A DNA stretch of 64,000 bases. Source: the human T2T-CHM13v2.0 reference genome, Homo sapiens. The notes below the pieces were generated by a model. It was not told the origin of the DNA. It ran no database searches and saw only the letters and a program-made list of their open reading frames with translations. Positions 17,638-30,590 of the stretch are shown here, one piece after another. Made by a program: the position numbers and the translations under genes. How positions within the stretch are numbered: the first letter of the stretch is position 1; every line of letters starts with the position of its first letter. The DNA lies in the NCBI RefSeq assembly GCF_009914755.1, contig NC_060927.1. One strand, written 5' to 3'.

Positions 17638-19233
17638 CCATAGGGGTGCCTAAATAACATCGCATCCCAGGGTAAACTGTTACTCTTTTTTGGTTTGCTT
17701 TTAACCACTTTGAATTAATATGTGACAGTGTTTTGCACTTTTACATATTTATTACTTCTCTAACACCAATTCTACCCCCTGTTGTACAGAAAGAGCAGAC
17801 ACTCGGCTAGGCAGGAGGACCTAGATAGAACTGAGTAACATTGGTGTGTTTCATTGCATTGAATATCCCAATAATGTTCAATTTTAGGCTAGGAATATCG
17901 GTCTTCCTTTGAGAGTAGGCATGTAAAGCTGCTTCCTAAAATTTTTTTTGTAGTTCAAAAAAGGCAGTAAATTGAAAGAAAAATATCAACAGTGGTGGTA
18001 CCAGATGTTCCAAAAGTACTCTTAGTTACTAAGTATGTATGTTTCTAGGTCCATGGGTCAAAAGGAAGACTCCATGTTCCCAACCCATGTCAGTGTGAGA
18101 ATAACAGTCAAATATTTTAGGTGAGAAGAGTGTCTGTGGCTTCTAAGGCCTTTGCCAGAGATTCTTGGATTTTAAAATAAATCTTAAGAGCTGCTTCTTT
18201 CCTTCAGTCCAAGATTGTATTTTCCCTTATGAAGTGCTTACACTGATGATAATAAAGATTATAATGATTTAGAATCCCATAGAGGTTTCCTCTGAAAATC
18301 TTTAGTTTAAGAAGATATTTTGGAGTCTGTGATAGAAAGTATGCCAAGGTTCAGGATTTGACTAATGAAAAGCTTAAAATGGATTGTAGAACTGCCTCAC
18401 CTCATATTAATGATGAAACACTGGAAAATATGGGACCATATTGGGAAATGGTCACCAAAGGGACATTTCCCTACAATTCATGCTGGGAAACTTCATGAGG
18501 AGAAGACACAGAAAACCTGGAAACTGCTGGTGGAAAAATTGTTACGGATCTCTTCGCCAACTTCTAAAAATAAAAGGCAATAAATGTTAACCAACTGTGG
18601 ACCCTTATAGTTATTTTTAAAATCAACAGAAATAAAATGGAAGACTTAATTTCCATTACGATGACCTTATCAAAAGCCCCAAATTATTTTATTTGAAAGA
18701 AAATGTCACTTAAAAATAAAAACCAGTCACATTCAACAAATAAATAATGAAACCAGAACCCTGCTCAGTGAGGTTTTTGTCGGTTCAGCTTGCCGATTTT
18801 GTTCTCCCTGAAATAAAATACATCTTAGCTTGCTTTCCCCTTTAAACAAAAAATCACAGCAACTGCATTTATTACATTCTCCTGAGTCTTTGGTCTTGCT
18901 TCTTTATTTGAATTTCTCTTCTTTTTTATGAACAGGTCTTTAAAAAATTACCTCAAAGCTTTTTGAGCAAGGCGTAGGATGTTTTGAGCAAGGGATGGGA
19001 GGTTAAAATAATCTTAGTGCATTTATTTAGTAGATTACAAATACAAGGAGTGAAGAGCAACAGAAGAATGATTTAACAGTTCAAGACAAAGAAGTGGTCA
19101 TAAGCCTCTGTAAGATTGACTGCCCGGTCAGATTCCCACAGGGGCTGGATGGGGAAGGTGGAGGCCTGGTTACAAGACACAATGCATTCTAGAATTCTAC
19201 CAGGTGCTATTATATATTTGTACCAGGTGCTAT

Positions 19234-20774
19234 TGTTACAAGATCTTTGGGGTGTTGATTTTCTGGCCAGAAACCTCTGTGGCCTTTGCTCGAGTTCTTG
19301 TCCTGTGTCCAGGAAGACTGAGGTACACAGACAAAAGGAGGGTAAACAAGATGAAGAGGAGATTTATTAAGTGTTAGAATAGCTCAGAGGAGACCCGCAG
19401 TGATTAGCTCCTATCTGTAGGCAGGTCATCCCATCAAGTGTTCAGCTCTCAGCAGAGAGGAGTCCCTGGAGAGGGTTGCTACTTTCTACAGCTGGTGTTC
19501 CTGACTCTCTGCAGGTCCCTGAAGCTCTTAGCAGAGAGGATAGCTCCTCTCTGCTGCTGGTTGTCCAGTCATCTCCAGTTATCAGCAGAGAGGATAACTC
19601 CTCTCTGCAGCTGGTCCTCTCATCATCTCTCCATCCTCTCTGACCTCTGCCCTGCTCTGGCTGAACCTGAGGCTTTTATGGGCCTCAGAGGAGGGGAAGT
19701 ATGTGCTAACTCGTCCATGGGCAGCCATGGGCAGGCCCAGGAAAAAGCACCATGAGTTCTCCCTCCAGTAGGCAGGGCTGACAGCTCAGTTCCCAGGCTT
19801 CAGGTCTGCCCCAGCCTGAAGGTGGGGCTTCTCTGGGCCCCCCCACCTTCTGCCCAGGAGGCTTTCTGCCTCCCGTGACCATCCATGGCACCCAGGCTGC
19901 TGGCACCAAGGTGCACCTGCAGGCCAGCTCCCAGCTGTCCTCAACCCCCCTCAACTTCCCCTCCCCTGCTCCTCTATTACCAAAGTCCTGAGGGGCCAGA
20001 GCAGCAGGGGGCTGGCATGTCAGCACTGCTCTGTGGGTGCACACACCCGGCTGGGCTGTGACAGTGGCTGGGCTTGGCCCCAACTCCACTCAGAGATTGG
20101 AGTGGGAGCCAGGAGTCGGGGGAGGCCAGGCAGCTGGAACAGGCACCGCAGAGCCTGCAAGGGCAAGTGGGGCCTTTGAGGCCCCCTAAGAGTGCAGGGA
20201 TGCCTGGATCTACAGCCCCAGCTTGCACAGCTGGAGCTGCACCAGGGTGGGGGGCTCCTGCCTACTTTGTGAAGCAGGAGGCCCAGATCCGCACCCAGGA
20301 CTTGGGTGGCTGCAGCCCTGCTCAGGAGAACAGCGTTCCTGCCTACTCTCAGCTCCCAGAAGCAAGGGGTGCCTGGGTTGCAGCCACAGCTTGGGCAGCT
20401 GCAGATGCAACTGGGGAGCTCCCACCCCACCAACTTGGAAGGGGTAGGGCTCCCGCTTGTCCCTGGTTCCCGCTGGCTCCATGGAGCATGGCACCTGGCC
20501 CAGCCCCCTCACAGCCTGGGGTTGGGGATCCAGGTCCTTGCTGGGCCTGGACCAGCATCCAGGGCAGGGGCAATGTTGCTGCAAGCTCCCCTTTGGCCCT
20601 GGTGCTTGGGGTGACCCAGAGCTCCCCTTCACCTGGTGCGACGCAGCCCAGCCCCATCATGGTGGCCCCCAAGGCAGTGGGCTGCAGGTGTGGGGCTGTC
20701 CACCTCCCTGTGCCCTCCCTGCAGTGGCCAGTGTGATGGCAGCAGCCACACCAGAAGGCCCATCGCTGCCATCA
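19234..20774 (-). mobile_element. MER52-type ERV1 solo LTR (1541 bp)
   Basis: TG...CA termini, ends tgatggcagc and cttgtaaca, exact 4-bp TSD CTAT (19230-19233 and 20775-20778), AATAAA on the minus strand near 19365. Confidence 0.9.
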
Positions 20775-20989
20775 CTATTATGTATTTAGCATCTCTGTAA
20801 CACCAATACATGCAGATATATGTATTCTAGAATATTATAATTACAGATGATTCTAGATTGAGATACAATGCATTCTAGAATACAATGCATAGTGGTGGTG
20901 CACATACACATATATTGGCTACATGGGGCAGTTCAATAGAGCAATTGCATGTAGTTGCCATGTTGGGCATAAATAGCCTGGCTTTGAAT

Positions 20990-21391
20990 TTTTCCCAAGT
21001 TGGCTGGAAGTCTGGTTATTGTTGTTTTTAATATGAAACATCAGGTTTCTAACTGTTGCCAACTAATTCAAAACATTTATTTTTATTATTTTCCGTAAGT
21101 TGTTGGGGTAAAGGTGGTTTTTGGTTACATGAGTAAGTTCTTTAGTGATCTGTGAGATTTTGGTGTATGCATCAACCGAGCAGTATACACCACACCATAT
21201 TTGTGGTCTTTTATCCCTCGCCCCTCTCCCACTCCTCCCTGCAAGTCCCCAAAGTCCATCGTATCTTTCTTATGCCTTTGCGTCCTTATAGCTTAGCTCC
21301 CAAAGACATTTTTTATAAAACACTATATGGACAAAAGAAAACATATTTGTAAGTTAGATTTGGCCTGTGGATTGCTGGTTTGAATCTCTGC
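20990..21391 (+). mobile_element. hAT-Charlie relic (MER102-like end), interrupted by an L1 fragment
   Basis: gttgccaactaattcaaa...aaaacactatatggacaaaagaaaacat...gatttggcctgtgg. Confidence 0.55.
21078..21301 (-). mobile_element. Short L1PA16/L1PB-like 3' end
   Basis: tttggttacatgagtaagttctttagtg...atagcttagctccc; approximate TSD caaa(g)acattt on both sides. Confidence 0.8.
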
Positions 21392-21640
21392 CAGGTAACT
21401 AAGCCATTAAGTGTTGGGAATTGAACCTATAACTTCACTCTGGAGTGAGCAGAAGGGGATTTACATTGAATCTTGGAAAGAAAAGGGGGGAAAATGTTTA
21501 TAAGGAGAAGGGAGAGACAGTGGCAGACATACTACATGGGGAGGAAAGCATAAAAGAAGCCCCAAAGCAAGAAGGCTCAAGGCATGTTGAACAAACACTG
21601 AAGAGATTAGTTTGGTTAGAAGAGAAAACCCATACACTGA

Positions 21641-22169
21641 TGTGAGGCAAAGTAGCAAATGTTAAGAAGCAATGTTTGCTCATTTCTGCTTGCCAGAATA
21701 ATTTCACAAAGCCTCTGACTCTGTGAAGATATGCAACTCTCCAGAAAGATGCTTTGAAAAGACAAAACAGGATAAATAAAAGACAAAACATGCCCCTGCC
21801 CCCAAGGTCTCTTGTTTGAGTCACTATATTCCTTAAAAGATAAATTACCCTAGACCTTGCCTTTCTCTACACTTAAGATAACGTCTGACAGGGTCAGTGA
21901 TTATGCCTCTGTAATCTATAACCAGATATACTCTTACACCCAAACCTTGATGTGATTTCTGAACAAATCTGATGTGATTTTGCATGTACTGAATCTCCAC
22001 CACCTGTACTTGAGCACACTGGGCTGAAATACTGTGCTGGAGCAGTCTCATAGAACCTCTTTAAATGGCTGATCCCAGACTATAGGCCTGAGTCTATAGT
22101 CCCCAGTAAGGCTTCTGAATAAAACTAACTTTAAATCTTCAAAAGCTTTCTTTGTTCCTTTAGATGACA
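21641..22169 (+). mobile_element. ERV1-class solo LTR (MER72/LTR47-like; family uncertain), inserted in an L2
   Basis: TG...CA termini, exact 4-bp TSD CTGA (21637-21640 and 22170-22173), AATAAA near 22118. Confidence 0.8.
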
Positions 22170-22173
22170 CTGA

Positions 22174-22700
22174 GAAAGTTAGAGATAAGGCGTGTAAAGC
22201 AAATGAAGGATCAGATACATAAGGATCTTAAATATTAGCTAAGAAATTTGAATTTTATTTCATAGGCAAGGAAGATTTGGGGGTCTAGAGATTGGGTTTT
22301 CCAATAAAACTAACCCAGCCTATCTGGAAGAGAAAGAGACTACAGGAGAAGAGACTGGTCAGGAGACTCCACTATCTTAGGAGGACTGGTGGAGGCAGGA
22401 GGAATGGAAAGCTAGTGAATGAGACAGATCCATGGCAATGGATAAATCCACAGGACTCATAATCTGCTTCCTCTTAGAAGATGTCAAAGATCACTCTTCT
22501 GTTTGGGGCCTTTGGTATTTGCAGGCATCCTAGTGCAAATATCCAGGAAGACTTTTGGAACCTGAATTTAGGAGGCTGTCCAGGGATGCTGAGGCAGTTG
22601 GAGTGCTAGCCACATGAGGATGGCCCACAGATAAAGCTCAAGGGAGAGGATTCACGGAGAGAGGAAGCATGAACCTGGGAAGATGAATACCCAGTATCTA
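22174..22700 (-). mobile_element. L2 fragment (continues at ~21400-21636)
   Basis: taagaaatttgaattttatttcataggcaagg and gagactggtcaggagact resemble antisense L2. Confidence 0.55.
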
Positions 22701-22871
22701 TGTTTCTTACAGCTTACTTCAAAAACCTTGCTAAATTGAGAAATCACTACCCTTGAATTTGTGATTGATCTCAAATAAAAATGCATTCTATTTTATTTGT
22801 ATTATTGTATGTATCACCTAATTTAAATGTGTCCATTGTAAAATTTCATCTCTTCAACCAGATTACGTTTT

Positions 22872-22996
22872 AAGAGGAAAAGGGAAAGAAAAAGAAAGAG
22901 AAAGAAAGAAAGAACAAAAGAAAGAAAGAAAAGAAAGAAAGAGAAAAAAAGAAAAAAGGAAGAAAAAAGAGAAAGAGAAAAAGAAAGAGAAAGGAG
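22872..22996. repeat. GA-rich (GAAA)n-like purine tract
   Basis: ~125 bp almost entirely A/G. Confidence 0.9.
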
Positions 22997-23476
22997 CTTT
23001 GGAGTAGATATTGCCTTGTAAGAGTGGTTAAAATGGAGCCCTGTTAAGGATCTGAGAATTGCCTGAAGGCTCTTTCCAGTCCTATAAGTAAACAACACTA
23101 GAGCTTTTGTCCAAAAATTCATTTTATAGCCAGAGAAATTGAAGGCCCTCCAATTCAAAATTCACCTGACAGCTATCAGCTGCTTTACCATGCAACCAGA
23201 GCTTGGCTCTGTGAAGGCTTCACATCATGTTAGAAAGATGGCACCAATTAAAAATGCACCCACCTCAGAATCCAGAGATAAACTCTAACTTCTATGGTCA
23301 ACTGATTTTCTTCAAAGGTGCCAAGTCAATTCAATAGGGAAAGCATAGTCTTTTCAACAAATCATGCTGAGACAACTGGATAGCCACATGAAAAATAATA
23401 AAATGGGACCCCTACTTCATATCATATAGAAAATACAACTAAAGGCATAGACCTAGCTATAAAAGTTTAAGGTATA

Positions 23477-23772
23477 GGCCTGGCACGGTGGTTCACACTT
23501 GTAATCCCAGCACTTTGGGAGGCTAAGGCGGGTAGATTATGAGGTCAGGAGTTCGAGACCAGCCTGGCCAAAGCAGTGAAACCCCATCTCCACTAAAAAT
23601 TAGCTGGGCATGGTGGCGGGTGCCTGTAATCCCAGCTACTCAGGAGGCTGAGGCAAGAGAATCACTCGAACCCAGAAGGCAGAGGTTGCAGTGAGCCGAG
23701 ATCACACCACTGCACTCCAGCCTGGGTGACAGAGCGAGACTCCATCTAAAAAAAAAAAAAAAAAAAAAAAAA
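23477..23772 (+). mobile_element. AluS-type SINE
   Basis: Full dimer with ~25-nt A tail; 16-bp TSD AAAAGTTTAAG(G/A)TATA at 23461-23476 and 23769-23784. Confidence 0.95.
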
Positions 23773-24103
23773 GTTTAAGATATAAAACTCTTCAAAGAAA
23801 AGACAGTAGTAAATATTTGTGACCTCGGGTTAGGCAACAATTCCTTAGATGTGACACCCAGCACAAGCAGTAAAAGAGAAGGGTGATACATTGGACATCA
23901 TTGAAATTTTTTAAAATTTTGTGCTTCCAAGGACACTATCAAGAATGTGAAAAGACAATCCACTGTCTGGGAGAAATATTTGCAAATCATATATCTAAAA
24001 AGAAACTTATATCCAGAATATATAAAGAACTCTTATATCTTAATACGATGACAAATCAATCTAAAAATGGGTAAAAAATATGATAGACATTTCTCCAAAG
24101 AAA

Positions 24104-24260
24104 ATATATAAATGAGATATATGTATATAAAATGTATACATATATAAATGAGATATATGTATATAAAATGTATACATATATAAATGAGATATATGTATAT
24201 AAAATGTATACATATATAAATGAGATATATGTATATAAAATGTATACATATATAAATGAG
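24104..24260. repeat. 36-bp AT-rich minisatellite, ~4.4 identical copies
   Basis: Unit ATATATAAATGAGATATATGTATATAAAATGTATAC. Confidence 0.95.
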
Positions 24261-25199
24261 CCAATCTAAAAATGGGCAAAGGATTTGAATAGGCATTTCT
24301 CCAAAGAAAATATATAAATGAGTAGTAGGTACATGAAAAGATGCTCAGTCTCATTATTCATTAGGGAAATGCAAATCAAAACCAGAGTGAGTTGCTACTT
24401 TATACCCACTAGAATGGCTATAATAAAAAAGACAGATAATAAATGTTGGCAAAGAGGTGGAAAGAAACAAGAACCTTCACACACTGCTGGTGTATATGTA
24501 AAATGGTGCAGCCACTTTGGAAAAGTCTAGCAGTTCCTCAAAAAATAAACATAGTGTTGCCATATAGCCCAGAATTCTATTCCTAGGTATCCACTGGAGA
24601 GAAATAAAAATATGTCCATCCCAAGATATGCACACAGATGTTCACAGAAGCATTTTTCACAAGAGCCAAAAAATGAGAACAAGCCTAATATTCATCAACT
24701 GATGAATGGGTAAATAAAATGTGATTTATCCACACAATAGAATACTATTCAGTAATGAAAAGTAATAAAATACTGATAGAGCTACAACAGGGTTGAACCT
24801 CAAACACATTATTATGAGCCAGTCAGAAAAACCACAATCTTATGATCCCACATATATGAAATGTCCAGAATAGGCAATCCAGGGAGATAGAACGTGGACG
24901 AATGGCTGTCTAGGGCTGGGGTAGCTGGGAGGATGGGAAGTAACTGCCAATGGGTATGGGGTTTCTTTTTGGGATGATGAAAATATTCCAAAGTAAGATT
25001 ATGGTGCTGGTTGCCCTAATATGATTACACTAAAAGCCACTGAATTGTGTATTTTAAACATGAACAAACATTTTAAATGAGATGATGGTTTATAAATTAT
25101 ATCCCAATGAAAGCTTAAAAAGTTTCATCTATCATGTGCTACATGAAGTTTTCAGCACTAGCCAGAAAGGGTCTCTTAATCTTGTTAGTCTCTTTTCTT

Positions 25200-25700
25200 T
25201 AAGATCTTTGCATCAGTTCTTCTTTTTGTCATGAATGCCTTGATTCTTTCTACCACAAACTTGCTTCTCTTATCTTCCAAAACAGCTTCAAGTTCCTGTC
25301 TCTCAAACATGCCAGGCTTGTTCCTATTGCAGGCGTTTGCAATGGTGCTTCCTTCTACTTGAAACCTCTCTCCCTTGCCTCTGCAGGACTGCCTCCTTCT
25401 CACCACTGAGGTTCAACTCAAAAGAGAGGTCTTAGACTTCCATAGCTTCAGCAGCCCACAGTCACCACCTACCTCTCACTGTATTTGTGTCATGGCAAGT
25501 ACCTAACAGTAGCTTCTGTCTTGGTTTCCATATTCCCATTTGTATTTGTTTGCTTGCTTGCTAAAGGATTTACTGTGTATCTTCCTCACTAGATCATATG
25601 TTCCCTGAGGACGGGAGCTCTGTCACAGCTGTCCCCACCACACCAGGCCTATAATAAGAGACGTTGGCCGATGCCTTTAGGGTGAATGAAGCACACGATA
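25200..25700 (+). mobile_element. L2 3' fragment
   Basis: ctcaaacatgccaggcttgttcct...gttccctgaggacgggagc...gtgaatgaa. Confidence 0.65.
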
Positions 25701-27004
25701 AGGTTGCTTGCTTCTGCCCTAGTAATAGGATGAAAAAGAATGAAGCCTTTTCCCTCTCCAAAACCCCACCCTCATTCATCCCCACCTCCTCCAAGAAGGA
25801 GCCAGAATTTCCTTAACAACAATTTTTTGATGCTAAAAACCTCTCCCCGAGAGACTGATTCCAGAAAAATAAATTTCTCTTCACCTAAAGGTGCAGCACC
25901 AGCTCAATGAAAATTGTTTCAGTAAAACTAGTCTCAGGAAAGATCAATAGGAGGAAAGAGAGAAAAGCAACAAAGACTAACTTGCACTTCCAATGCAAGG
26001 AAAATCAAAGCGGAGTCTGTCCCAGGGGAGTTCAAACAATAGAAACAATAGGTCGAGAAGCCATGCAGCGATTACTCAGACAAAATGAAGATCACTCCAG
26101 GAAAATGAAGAAGAGAATGAAGCATAGCTTATTGTGGAGTTTGTCCTGAAATTTATAGCTGACTCTATGAGAAGAACTGCAAAGCATCTAGCCCTTCAGC
26201 ATTGAAAGACGGAAGGAAGGAAGAGAAAGGAAAAAAGAAAGAAAAAGATAAGATGAGAAGAAAATGTTTTAAAATAAAAAAGCAAAACCATTTCCTCACC
26301 TAATCTTCTTCTGGATAAAAGAGCTAGTGAGAGAATCAACACAAAGAAAATGACACCTATTTGCAATTAAAGAAAACTTTACATAAAAGCACATATTTTA
26401 TTCTATTTCCTGAACTTCTCTTCTGCAAAAAGAACAAAAAGAGAGAAAAAGAAGAAAAGAGACAGGGTTAAAGTTACAAATACAAAACCAATCAAATGAT
26501 GCTGGCTTCCTTTTTAACCTAAGCACCACACAGTCAATCAATAAAATGTCAAAAGGCTTTCACAATTTACCTGTTACACCATGAGAGACATCACATCCAA
26601 ATAACTTGCTGATATGCAAGCCTCCAGCTAGATTCACAAGAGGAATGAAGACCAAGTTCAGACACAGCAAAGCAACTCACACCACTGCAACCATGTCTCC
26701 AGGTATGAACATTTGAAGACCAGTAGTAACATATCTCAAAGACCACTAAATTATTTAGGACCATCATTCAGGAAGTGTTGTCATGCTCAAACAACCGGAG
26801 ATCAGAGATTATACCTAAGCCTCCTCTTCCCCCTCCTCCGCCGTACCCCCGCAAGTACCAAGACAGTCGGCCAAGAGCAAGTTTAGTATCAGCTTATCAT
26901 AGGCTCTAGTCTTAGCCTTGCAATTACATCCTGCCCTGGCAGGAAGCTGAACCTGGCAATCAAGATTCCCTCTCATCTCTGTTTTCTATATCTTGCATGC
27001 TTGG

Positions 27005-27230
27005 GGAGGCGGCAGAGCATGTGGTATGACCACATGCAGAGTGAAAGTTTGCAAGACCTGCATTTGAATCCTGATTTTGGCACTTCTCCCATGTGAGCTT
27101 GGCAGCTCACTTCACCTCTGAGGGCCTGTTTCTCACTGGTGAACAAGGGCCAGCGATCCCTCTTTAAAGGGTTATGAACATCTAATAATTCCTGGCAGCC
27201 AGTAGCTTGCTCAATAAGTGTTAGTCCCCT
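27005..27230 (+). mobile_element. MIR
   Basis: agacctgcatttgaatcctg...tcacttcacctctg...gctcaataagtgttag. Confidence 0.65.
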
Positions 27231-28139
27231 TTACACAGTAAAATTATTAGCTAAACAGAAAACCAGCATTCTAACCTGAGCAGGTCTCTTTGATTTGAGA
27301 AAAAATACATGCTTTAGTTTACATCATCTGATTGTATTTTGTGGATCATTACAGACTGTTTGTAAATCCTTCTGGAAGAAGGCATGAGATATATCTGATA
27401 CAAATATACATTCTTGGAGGAATTGAGGGACCTTGCTATGTGCATAAATTCATAGCCTGCCCTTCTGCGACCCTGGAAGAAACCATTTTGTCAGGGAACC
27501 ACTCATCCCTAATTTACCTGATTTGTAATTTCAGAGTTTCATAAAGTGAAGGCACAACTATAATTACCCTTAGTGCTCCATTTAGGCGGTCATGATTTTT
27601 GACAAACTCTAATGCTTGGCAACCTAACCTTCTAGCATGTCTGGAATGTCTTGTATGTCTGCTTAGTTATTTGCAAGCTTTCTAAATAGACCTCTACCAC
27701 TTCATGGCTGGTAAACGTTTCCAGTTACATTTTAGTCCTCTTGTTGGTCTTCTAAGCATGACATATACTCTATATTTTATGTATGAGTGTTTCAAAGATG
27801 AGGGATAATTCTCAGCAACCATCTCTGTATCTTCAGTCTCAGGTGCTCCATTAGGATTCTTAAGAGACTGGATGAAGTCATTATCAAAGCAAGAGCTGTT
27901 ACTTGAAGAACTGGCAAACTTAAATATTATCTTACAAGCAGCCAACAATGCACATTCCTTTATACACAATCAAAAGCACAAACTCACACTCACATGCATG
28001 ACTTTTAGCTTAATTTCCAGTTTAACATTTAGAAAAAGGGAACTATTGGCCAAATAAACTTGTCAATTTATCAAATTAAGAGGGGAGAGTAGAGTACAGT
28101 GTAAGGTCTAATCTTACTGCCTCAAGTATTTGAAAGGTT

Positions 28140-28360
28140 GAGTCAAGACTTACAAACTCAAAATGCTGCTAAGAGCCAATAAGGCAGATAACGTAAGTGT
28201 ATAATCAAGGCCACGTGGGAGCAATAGGGAGTGGTGGGGCTTACGGCAAACTGGAAAACCATCTCCTGCCTTAATCATTTAAAAAAATATATTTTGCTAG
28301 CCAAACAAAACACACTGTGAGCTGCATTTAGACCAGGTCTGGCTGCTATTTGAAAATTCC
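28140..28360 (+). mobile_element. MER102-like hAT-Charlie relic
   Basis: acaaactcaaaatgc...gggagtggtggggcttacggcaaactgga...gccaaacaaaacac. Confidence 0.6.
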
Positions 28361-28776
28361 TAGTTCCTGGAATGGAAGGTTAGGTACAAAGTAAGGAAAC
28401 ATTTTAAGGTCCCAGAAGTTTGACCACTGTATCCAAGTAGATCTCTCTGGTTCTCTACACCAGCACTCCATTTATTCGCCCTCCTAGCATTTACAGCCTC
28501 TGTAATGAATTGGCCTCTTGATTTGCTTACTTCTTTAGAATTCTCTCTCTCTCTCTCCATCTCTCTCTCGATTATAAGCTTCACGAAGGCAGGGGCTGTG
28601 TTTACCTTGCTTACGGTTATCATCAGCACTAGCCAGGGTGAGGGACATAATTGGTTCTCATAAAAACTGCTGAATGGATCAAGGAAGGAGTATGATACGT
28701 TTTGTCATCCTATGACATATCTTGTTCATCTTGGGACCCCAAGCATATAGTAGTACAATAGTAATGATAAGTACTG

Positions 28777-29035
28777 GGGTGCAGTAGTGGGGTGCAATCA
28801 TAGCTTGCTACAGCCTCAAACTCTTGGCCTCAAGCCATCCTCTCACCTCAGCCTCTGGAGTACCTGGGACTACAGGTGTAAGCCACTGTACTCAGTTAAT
28901 TTTTTAAAAGAAATTTGTAGAGACAGGGTCTTGATATGTTGCCCAGGCTGGTCTCGAACTCTCGGCATCAAGTGGTTCTCCCACCTTGGCCTCCCTAAGC
29001 ACTGGGATTATAGGCATGAGCCACAGCACCCAACC
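28777..29035 (-). mobile_element. AluJ-like SINE lacking its tail end
   Basis: Reverse Alu sequence gtgcaatcatagc...gggattataggcatgagccac. Confidence 0.85.
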
Positions 29036-29455
29036 ATGATAGTATTTCTTGAATGAAATTATTGGTGATCATGTTCCACCACGAATGGTTAACCACAGGG
29101 AGGTGGTGTATATTGGGTGGGTCCAGGGTCTAGAAATAGATGTGGTCACTAGGCTGAGGAGATGATTGGGCACGAGATCCAGCTCTGCAAGGAAATTCAG
29201 TAAGACAGAAAATAGCAAGTTTTATGAATACTAATAAAGCATGACTAGTAATCTAAGCAAGTTGCTGGCATCAGGGATGTCTGCTGATGGCTAAAAATAG
29301 AGAATCCAGAAAGGGTCAGTGTTCCCAGATAAACGTATGTGGTCTGCCTCAAGTAAGCAACTGATAATAGAACTACAATCATGAAAGCCAAAGGCTGAGT
29401 TCACACATGTGGGAAGAGGGGTGGTAGTCAAAGTCACAACAGAGAATAGGCACTA

Positions 29456-30013
<558 letters not shown>

Positions 30014-30399
30014 CTACAACCCCACTAAGGACACACTGAATGCCAATTCCTGAGGGAATACACTCCTCTTTACTGTAGAGACAAGAACTCCCAATCCTGC
30101 CTTTTGTCTTGAATGACTGTGATACTAGACTGTTTCATTTCCAGAACAGAAGAACCTGTGTGAGTTACTGCTATTACTTACATTAGCAATCAGGACTTTC
30201 TCTATGAAGAACAGAAAGATAATCCAAACCCCCTTTAGAAAGAAAGAGCAATCTGTTGGCTGCACAAATACACCATGGGAAGGCAGGAGGAGAGTTGGTC
30301 TTGGAGCTTATGCTCTCTCTCTGCCCCTGGGCTGTGTCACTCTCTATCGTTGGCTTCACTTTCTTCTGAAAGAGATGGGCTTTTCCTATGCAGAATCAA

Positions 30400-30590
30400 T
30401 GTAGCTTGGTAGACAAGAGCACGAATTTGGGTCATCCGACAGGCTGGGTTTGAATCCCACCTCTGCCCCTTGAACTTAGTTGAATTATTCATCTGTAAAA
30501 TGGGCATAATTAATGGCACCTCACTCTTAGGTTGAGTGAGTAAGGATTAAGTGAGTAAATATATGTAAATATTATTACAGCAGCTAGTGT
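30400..30590 (+). mobile_element. MIR
   Basis: gggtttgaatcccacctctgcc...catctgtaaaatggg...ggattaagtgag. Confidence 0.7.

Larger units (their letters stand above)
23260..25120 (+). mobile_element. Old L1M (L1MB-like) ORF2 end and 3'UTR, interrupted by an Alu and a minisatellite
   Basis: Degenerate ORF2 peptides ([17 protein letters not shown]) and an L1MB-like 3'UTR. Confidence 0.85.

Noticed and set aside
19706-20811. Many overlapping ORFs up to 220 aa
   Set aside because: All lie in the GC-rich MER52 LTR, where stop codons are rare on both strands; no recognisable domain
24033-24354. ORFs with a 12-aa repeat; superficially CRISPR-like 36-bp periodicity
   Set aside because: Head-to-tail minisatellite with no unique spacers, in a primate genome
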